A stretch of DNA of 32,000 bases from Schaalia meyeri. Its GTDB lineage: Bacteria > Actinomycetota > Actinomycetes > Actinomycetales > Actinomycetaceae. Within the stretch, counting starts at the first letter, position 1. Each line of letters opens with the position of its first letter. The notes beneath the pieces were generated by a model. That model ran no database searches. It was not told the origin of the DNA and saw nothing but the letters and a program-made list of their open reading frames with translations. The DNA is taken from positions 210,001 to 242,000 of the forward strand of contig NZ_FNLK01000005.1 in NCBI RefSeq assembly GCF_900105015.1, written 5' to 3'. The translations under genes and the position numbers were made by a program. This document shows, in pieces, positions 25,832-32,000 of the stretch.

Positions 25832-28597
25832 TTAGATGGTGGTCCAGGAAACGATACCGCGTCCGATGCGGTTCTTCGCTGCCTGAGCTGTGCGAGCAAG
25901 ATCGGAGGAAGGCACAGCGGAGGCGATCTGCCCCAGGCAATCCATGACTTGTCGCATCCACCGGACGAAGTCGCCGGCCTGTATCTGTGTGCCGTCGATT
26001 GCGGTAGCGAGCGTCGAGCCGTGAGCCCACGCCAGCGTTGCGGCCATCAGACCAGCGTCCATACCCGGCGTCGGATCCAAACCGCAGTGCTTCTCCACGC
26101 GATGCACTCGTTCGAGTGTGCCCATGCACTCGTCCCAAGCCGTGCGCAGCCGGATGCTTACGCCCGAGGGGGTGAGCTCGCATGCGTCGTCATCGCTGTG
26201 CGAATCGTAGACGAGGGCGGATACCAACGCCGCCAGTTCCGCTTCGTTCAGGCCTTCCCACGCGCCTTCGTCGATCGACATAGCGATCACGAGGTCGCGC
26301 TCGCCAAAAACACGGCGGAGCCGCTCGCCCGACTCGGTCACGCGGTCGCCATCGAGGAAACCAAGCCGCTCAAGGACCGCGCAAACTCGGTCAAAGTGCA
26401 CGGCAACCGAACCGGTCTGTGCGTCAATCTGCGTTCTTAGACGGTCGATCTCACGACTCACGTGCGCCCATCGAGCACCCGCCCTGGCGTGTTCCTCTCG
26501 GTGAGGGCATCGGTGGACCGGATGAGAACGCATGGCTGCACGCAGATCCGAGATCGGATCGCGGTCCGGGGAGCTGTCGTGGGCGAGAGCGAAACGTCCC
26601 TTGGCGCGGCCCGATCGGAGCTCCCCCGCGATACGGGTGCGTTCCTTCGTGCGGCGCAATGCTGACCCACCCGGAATCGACAGGTGTCCGACGACGGCGA
26701 TACCGCCGCGGATGTCCTCCGGTGCGAGGGAGCGCCACGTGCCGTCCTCTCCGATGATACAGACCTCGACTCGGCCCGAGGCCGTGGTCGCCTGCGCGCC
26801 GACAACGCACAGGCGGTGCTTGTGCCCGCGAGTGAGCGCGAGAACGTCTCCGGTGCGTACGCTCTCGAGCACGCGTCGTGATTCCTCGCGCCGCTCGCGC
26901 TTGCGTGCGCGCGCACCCGACTTTTCTGCCTGGCTGATTCGATCACGCAGCGTCAGGTACGCGCGCACGTCACCGCGTGAACACGACAGGTCCTGGGCGG
27001 CGTCGTCGCGCTGCGCTTCAAGCTCCGTCAGCCGCGACGCGAGTTGTACGACGGCAGCGTCAGCCTGGAACTGAGCGAAAGAGGACTCCAGAACCCTGCG
27101 AGTGAGGGAACGCGTCGACCTGGCCAGGAGGTTGACGACCATGTTGTAGGTCGGCGTGAACGCCGAAATCAGCGGATAGGTACGCTTTGAGGCCAGCGCC
27201 GCCACCTCTTCGGGCGCCACTCCCCCGCGATGCGACACGATCGCATGCCCCTCCGTGTCGATTCCCCGACGCCCGGCACGGCCAGACAGCTGCGTGAACT
27301 CGCCCGCGGACAGTGACACGTGTGCTGATCCGTTCCACTTTGTGAGCGATTCGATGACGACGGTTCGCGCGGGCATATTGATACCAAGGGCCAGGGTCTC
27401 CGTCGCATAGACCATCTTGACCAGGCCCGCTGAGAAGAGATACTCGACGGTCTCTTTCATGAGAGGGAGCATTCCCGCATGGTGGGCCGCGATCCCGCGC
27501 ATGAGCCCCCGTTTCCAGGAATCGACCCCGAGCACGGTGGCGTCCTCCGGGGCAATCGCCGTGATGGCCTCGTCAACGTAGCGCTCGATCGTGGCTGCCT
27601 CGGATCGGGTTGTCAGGGTGATGCGCGTCGCGAGAACCTGACGTACGGCGTCTTCGCAACCGGCTCGCGAGAAGATGAAAGTGATCGCCGGTAACAGGTG
27701 CGCACGATCAAGAGAAACGAGCGTTGATGGGCGCGACTCTCGGCCCCCGATGCCGCTGCGGTTCCACGAACGCGATCCACGCCCGCCCCTCATGCCTGAG
27801 TCGTTTGTCGCTGCAACCAGCCGCGGGTTGAGCTTGTGCTTCCCGCTTGGCGCGTATAGGTCGAAGATCTTCTCACCGACGATCATGTGCTGGTAGAGAG
27901 GAACAGGTCTGTCTTCGGACACGATGATTTCGCAGGTGGAGCGGACTTCTCGGATCCATGCACCGAACTCTTCCGCGTTAGACACCGTCGCAGACAACGC
28001 GATGATCGCCACGTGGGCGGGGAGGTGAATGATCACTTCCTCCCACACGGGACCGCGCGTGCGATCCGCGAGGTAGTGGACCTCGTCGAGGACGACAACG
28101 CCGAGATCGTTGAGGGGAGCGCCCGCGTAGATCATGTTGCGGGCGACCTCGGTCGTCATGACCACAATGGGAGCACCGGGATTGACGGACGTGTCTCCCG
28201 TTGCCAATCCGACGTTGTCGTCCCCGTAGAGTTCGCGCAACTCCAGGTACTTCTGATTCGAGAGAGCCTTAATCGGTGTCGTATAAAAGGCGCGCATGCC
28301 TCGCTCAAGCGCGACAAAAGCACCGAATTGGCCCACGATTGTCTTTCCGGCACCCGTAGGAGCGGCGACGAGAACGGAGCTTCCAGTCTCGAGGGCGTCG
28401 AGTGCCTTAATCTGGAAGGGATCGGGAGTGAAGCTGAGTCCGGCCACCCACCGGGCGCGCAGCGAGGAGGCGGCGCGAAGCTGCGCCTTGTAAGCGGCGT
28501 AACGCTGTGCGGCGCTTCCCTCTCCCACGCCGATACGCTCCTCGTGCTCCGCCCGGTCAGTCTCGCGGGCGCGGTGCCTGCGTCGTTGCGGGCTCAC
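25832..28597 (-). CDS. helY: Ski2-like DExH-box RNA helicase HelY
   Basis: Motifs VAAPTGAGKT (motif I), VVLDEVHYLAD (DEVH), SATVSN and HHAGMLP, plus a C-terminal DSHCT-like region. GTG 28597 overlaps the pafC stop (GTGA) and follows GGGAGGAG. Confidence 0.9.
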   Translation of the reverse strand: MSPQRRRHRARETDRAEHEERIGVGEGSAAQRYAAYKAQLRAASSLRARWVAGLSFTPDPFQIKALDALETGSSVLVAAPTGAGKTIVGQFGAFVALERGMRAFYTTPIKALSNQKYLELRELYGDDNVGLATGDTSVNPGAPIVVMTTEVARNMIYAGAPLNDLGVVVLDEVHYLADRTRGPVWEEVIIHLPAHVAIIALSATVSNAEEFGAWIREVRSTCEIIVSEDRPVPLYQHMIVGEKIFDLYAPSGKHKLNPRLVAATNDSGMRGGRGSRSWNRSGIGGRESRPSTLVSLDRAHLLPAITFIFSRAGCEDAVRQVLATRITLTTRSEAATIERYVDEAITAIAPEDATVLGVDSWKRGLMRGIAAHHAGMLPLMKETVEYLFSAGLVKMVYATETLALGINMPARTVVIESLTKWNGSAHVSLSAGEFTQLSGRAGRRGIDTEGHAIVSHRGGVAPEEVAALASKRTYPLISAFTPTYNMVVNLLARSTRSLTRRVLESSFAQFQADAAVVQLASRLTELEAQRDDAAQDLSCSRGDVRAYLTLRDRISQAEKSGARARKRERREESRRVLESVRTGDVLALTRGHKHRLCVVGAQATTASGRVEVCIIGEDGTWRSLAPEDIRGGIAVVGHLSIPGGSALRRTKERTRIAGELRSGRAKGRFALAHDSSPDRDPISDLRAAMRSHPVHRCPHREEHARAGARWAHVSREIDRLRTQIDAQTGSVAVHFDRVCAVLERLGFLDGDRVTESGERLRRVFGERDLVIAMSIDEGAWEGLNEAELAALVSALVYDSHSDDDACELTPSGVSIRLRTAWDECMGTLERVHRVEKHCGLDPTPGMDAGLMAATLAWAHGSTLATAIDGTQIQAGDFVRWMRQVMDCLGQIASAVPSSDLARTAQAAKNRIGRGIVSWTTI

Positions 28598-29529
28598 GAC
28601 GGCTCCTCCCGCATCCAGACGGACAGAATGCGGCGCGCCCGCTGCGCCGCCTCGACGCGCATATCGGGGTAAGCCGCGCGCAGGTGGTGCGCAATGTCGA
28701 TAAGGAGACTGAGCCCCCACTGCTCATTCCATACCGGGAGCACAATGCGCGCTCCCCCGTCGTCCAATTCAGCGTTGATCGATCCTCCGTACTCGTCCGC
28801 GATCCATCGGGCATCCCGATCGACGTCAAGCGTCCACGTCGATGATTCCTCGCGCATCTTGCGCGGAACCTGGACACGTCTGCCAACCGCGCGAATGTTG
28901 CCCATCGAGGATGCGGCGAAGCTGCGCGGTGCCCCTGCATCCGCGCACCAGCCCCGCAGGAGCCAGCCGGTCGCGGTCGCTTCGAGGAACCAGGGATCAA
29001 CGACGCGATGCGATGATTTGCCCCCGGTGGACACGTAATCGAACTCCACGCGCTGTTCACGGGTCAGTGCGTCGCGTAGCTGCACGATGACGTCGGACGA
29101 GGCCCTGGCGCGTGATGCTTCCACGCTCTCCCCGCTCGCGGTCTCCCCCAAACCCCCCAAAGACGATATGACAAGAGCCGCGTGAGGAAGGTGACCGATC
29201 AGCTCCGGTCCCACAAGCGGCGCGATTGCAGACAACCCGATGAGCAGGGCCTGCGCCTCCGGCTCAGAGAAACGCAATGGAGCCGACGCTCCCATGGTCG
29301 AGCGCAGCGAGATGCGCTGCTCGGTCTCAAAAAGTTCCCAGTCGATCTCGAAGGACGCGCCGGGCAGAGAATCGCCGACCGACGCCAAATACTCGATATC
29401 ACGTCGAACCTGGCGGCGAGTGCGATGAAAGTGCGCGCCCAGCTCGTCCACGCCCACTCCCGGATGCTCGCCGATCCACGCGACCATTGAAGCCAGGCGA
29501 ACGACGGCGAGTTGCACGGTTTCAGGCAT
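28594..29529 (-). CDS. pafC: HTH-WYL-WCX transcriptional regulator, PafC-like
   Basis: N-terminal HTH (VGVDELGAHFHRTRRQVRRDIEYL). WYL region (RVEFDYVSTGGKSSHRVVDPWFLEATATGWLLRGW). Second gene of a paired WYL regulator operon. Confidence 0.8.
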   Translation of the reverse strand: MPETVQLAVVRLASMVAWIGEHPGVGVDELGAHFHRTRRQVRRDIEYLASVGDSLPGASFEIDWELFETEQRISLRSTMGASAPLRFSEPEAQALLIGLSAIAPLVGPELIGHLPHAALVISSLGGLGETASGESVEASRARASSDVIVQLRDALTREQRVEFDYVSTGGKSSHRVVDPWFLEATATGWLLRGWCADAGAPRSFAASSMGNIRAVGRRVQVPRKMREESSTWTLDVDRDARWIADEYGGSINAELDDGGARIVLPVWNEQWGLSLLIDIAHHLRAAYPDMRVEAAQRARRILSVWMREEPS

Positions 29530-30463
29530 CGCTTCCTCCCCACGCGGCCGCCCTGGAGAGGCGATCGATCATCGCGTCGCGCAACTGAGGCGGAGAAAGG
29601 ACGATGGCGTCGGCCGCGAGCGGCAGCAGACGGGCGATCCACGTGCCCAACTCCCCGTCTTCGAGGAGAACCCGTTCCCAACCGTTCTCGCTCAGTGTGT
29701 TCTCCCCGCAGGCGGTACCCCCGGCCTCGTACCCCAGGAGAATCGTACGAGCGGGCGAAGAAACGCGCACACTCACGAGAGGCGAGACCAACGAGGACAC
29801 GCGCGGGGGCGTACGTCCCGGTGGCGCGACCGACGCGTCCCCGGGCTCCCCGATGAAGGAAACTGGCGAGCATACCCGCGAGAGACGAAACGTTCGTTCG
29901 GCGAGTCGATCGAGGTCCCAGCCCCACAGATAGAGGGCGCGCCCCTGCGCCGAAAGAGCCCACGGTTCGATAGAGCGTTCCGTCAACCCGCCCGACCCCG
30001 GGTACGCGAACGTCACCACGCGACGCTCGCGTATGGCGCGCGCACACTGCGTGGCGGCCCCCAATCCCGACAGGCCGAGGGTAATGAGCGGTGCCGAAGA
30101 GTCATCCGATGATGCCGCAGCGGCCTTGGCGTCAACCGAATCTGCGATCAGCTCGTCCGTGTCCCACGCGCGGGCGGCGAGCGAAATCAGCGCGCGATCG
30201 GCGCTGGAGATCTCAATATTGGGCGCGAGGGAGTCCCTGCTGATGCTGTAGCGCTCGCCGGAGTGAATCGTCAGGTGCGCACCCGCCTCGCGCAGCGCGT
30301 CCTTGTCGCGCTGAAACTGCGTCTCGAAGGCTGCCTCGGCCAGCTCCCGGTATCCAGGAAGTGAGCGAAGCTGCGCTTTGGTGCGACCCGGACGCGCGCC
30401 AAGGAGCTCGACGAAGAGCTCCAGGACGCGCACGTTGGCGCTGGGGGCGATACTCACCCACAT
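29522..30463 (-). CDS. pafB: HTH-WYL-WCX transcriptional regulator, PafB-like
   Basis: VRVLELFVELLGARPGRTKAQLRSLPGY...FQRDKDALREAG, then the WYL region VVTFAYPGSGGLTERSIEPWALSAQGRALYLWGWD. Overlaps pafC by 8 nt. Confidence 0.8.
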   Translation of the reverse strand: MWVSIAPSANVRVLELFVELLGARPGRTKAQLRSLPGYRELAEAAFETQFQRDKDALREAGAHLTIHSGERYSISRDSLAPNIEISSADRALISLAARAWDTDELIADSVDAKAAAASSDDSSAPLITLGLSGLGAATQCARAIRERRVVTFAYPGSGGLTERSIEPWALSAQGRALYLWGWDLDRLAERTFRLSRVCSPVSFIGEPGDASVAPPGRTPPRVSSLVSPLVSVRVSSPARTILLGYEAGGTACGENTLSENGWERVLLEDGELGTWIARLLPLAADAIVLSPPQLRDAMIDRLSRAAAWGGSDA

Positions 30464-30505
30464 ACCCTACGTCCAACGCGGGCCTCCCACGGACGCGGCG
30501 CACCG

Positions 30506-31555
30506 TCAGGACTGAGACGAGCGTTCCTCGTCGGTGGAAACAAATTGATTCGTCACGATCGAATCGGTATCAACGGAACCCTCCAGCACTCCGATCGACG
30601 AAAGGAAGCTCAGCATCGACGCCCATCGTTTGAGATCCTGGACTCCATCCGCCTGACCGCTCTGTCCACTCCACAGGGGAATCGTTGCAGTCAAGACAGC
30701 ATGTGCGCCGGATAGGGCCGTCTCATCGGTCAGCGTCGTGTCCCACTTCGATGTGGCCTCGACAGCGACCTTGGGATCCGCTGCGATCGCGTCCATCGCC
30801 TCTGTCGTTGCCTGAACGATGGCTTTCGCCTGGTCGGGGTGCGTGTCCGCCCACTCGTGAGTCGTAATGATCGAAGCACCAACTAGGGGTGTCGCGGCCC
30901 CTCCCAGCGGAATCTCTCGAATGTCGATGCCCGCCAGGCGCATTTGCACCGCGTCGTTGTTGGTGAAACCAACGACCGCATCGACCTGCCCGGATGCAAG
31001 AGCCGCCCGTTGGGTGTATCCAATCGACGATATCGTTACATCCGATGCCTGCAGGCCGCCGTCCCTCATGGCGGCAAGCGCGGCGTAGTAGTTCGAACCG
31101 TATTCACCCGGAATGCCGATGGTCTTGCCCGCGAGGTCTGCCAGGCCTTTGATCGAAGAATCCGCGGGGACGATGACCGTGCCCGGATAGGCGTCGTAGT
31201 AGCGGCCGATAGACACCAGATCGAGCCCCTGCGAGGCGGCTACCGCTGCCTCGTCGCCCGAGGCGATCACCACGTCTTCCTGCCCGGCAAGCAACGCCGT
31301 GAACAAGCCCTCGTCAGAGCCGTGATGGCGGATCGTCGGGTGAATCCCGGCAGCGCCGTAGGTTCCCTGCGCCTCAGCAACGTACACGGGAGCGAACTGG
31401 ATATTGGGGATGTAGGTTAAGCCGATCGTGACGTCTGCGGCGCCGTCTGGTGTCGATCCTCTGTGCTCCGATGGGGCGCCGGGCGTGCACCCCGCCAGGA
31501 TCAGCGACGCGCACGCGCCGAGCGCAACTGTGCGAAGAACTGCGGAAACATTCAA
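30506..31555 (-). CDS. ABC transporter substrate-binding lipoprotein (NMT1/THI5-SsuA-like)
   Basis: Lipobox LILAGC after a signal peptide. The periplasmic binding fold with IGLTYIPNIQFAPVYVAE is typical of the NitT/TauT family. TTG start with AAGGAG 7 nt upstream. Confidence 0.78.
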   Translation of the reverse strand: MNVSAVLRTVALGACASLILAGCTPGAPSEHRGSTPDGAADVTIGLTYIPNIQFAPVYVAEAQGTYGAAGIHPTIRHHGSDEGLFTALLAGQEDVVIASGDEAAVAASQGLDLVSIGRYYDAYPGTVIVPADSSIKGLADLAGKTIGIPGEYGSNYYAALAAMRDGGLQASDVTISSIGYTQRAALASGQVDAVVGFTNNDAVQMRLAGIDIREIPLGGAATPLVGASIITTHEWADTHPDQAKAIVQATTEAMDAIAADPKVAVEATSKWDTTLTDETALSGAHAVLTATIPLWSGQSGQADGVQDLKRWASMLSFLSSIGVLEGSVDTDSIVTNQFVSTDEERSSQS

Positions 31556-31567
31556 GGGGATTCTCCT

Positions 31568-32000
31568 TCACTGCGTGATGTCGTAACGTCTCGACCGCTC
31601 GATCCTGTACACGATGATGTAGAGCATCGTCGCCATCACGCACAAAATTGCGATAACGACGAACATTCCGGCGGTGTCCACGTTGCTTCTCATTTGAGTG
31701 AGTACCTGCCCGAGTCCGGCCCCGCCCATCACCATCTCGCCCACGACGGCGCCCGTCACTGACAGCGCGAAACCGTTGCGCAGCCCACCGAGAATGGCGT
31801 GTGCTGCCAACGGAATCTCCATCTGCGTGGCCATAGTCCATCCGGTTGCCCCGTCGAGGGCCGCCGCTTCGAGGAACTCGCGGTTGATGTGCCGCAAACC
31901 GACGACGGTGGAGACCAGAATCGGGAAGAAGACAATGAGCGCGCAGAGCGCGATGACAGAGGTCATGCCGTACCCGACCCACAGGACTAACACGGGGGCG
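31568..32000 (-). CDS. ABC transporter permease (NitT/TauT family), C-terminal part; 5' end off the window
   Basis: The EAA-like loop REFLEAAALDGATGW and the C-terminal TM helices. The reading frame is open to the window edge. Confidence 0.75.
   Translation of the reverse strand, partial: APVLVLWVGYGMTSVIALCALIVFFPILVSTVVGLRHINREFLEAAALDGATGWTMATQMEIPLAAHAILGGLRNGFALSVTGAVVGEMVMGGAGLGQVLTQMRSNVDTAGMFVVIAILCVMATMLYIIVYRIERSRRYDITQ

Overview
This is a high-GC (about 62-63% by eye) actinobacterial core-chromosome segment; the gene content and order look Actinomycetaceae-like, which is an inference. I support about 32 protein genes and one tRNA.

Gene blocks, in order:
- tkt (5' part).
- xerD-parA-scpA-scpB-rluB-tyrA-cmk.
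- A minus-strand block: small membrane protein, (tRNA-Pro on +), PH-domain protein, tag, der, murE-like ligase.
- pepN.
- The actinobacterial division-associated cluster DUF881-sbp-DUF881-garA/odhI-merR-merR.
- A YegD-like Hsp70 plus a PAP2_3 membrane enzyme.
- rbpA.
- A tightly packed minus-strand string: ABC permease, ABC binding lipoprotein, pafB, pafC, helY, lnt, ppm1.

I saw no CRISPR array, transposase, integrase or obvious defence island.

The best non-genic signal is a 28-bp dif-like XerC/XerD site (ATAA-TGTACA-TTAT core) in the PAP2/rbpA divergent spacer. It coincides with a shift to almost exclusively minus-strand genes and suggests the replication terminus.

Other points worth a look:
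- a perfect 46-bp palindrome between convergent genes;
- the orphan Hsp70/PAP2 pair;
- pafBC-helY translational coupling without pafA/tatAC;
- a break in cmk/der synteny;
- a low-GC, hairpin-rich spacer after tRNA-Pro.

Most of the window is ordinary housekeeping DNA. I cannot claim a clearly novel system.
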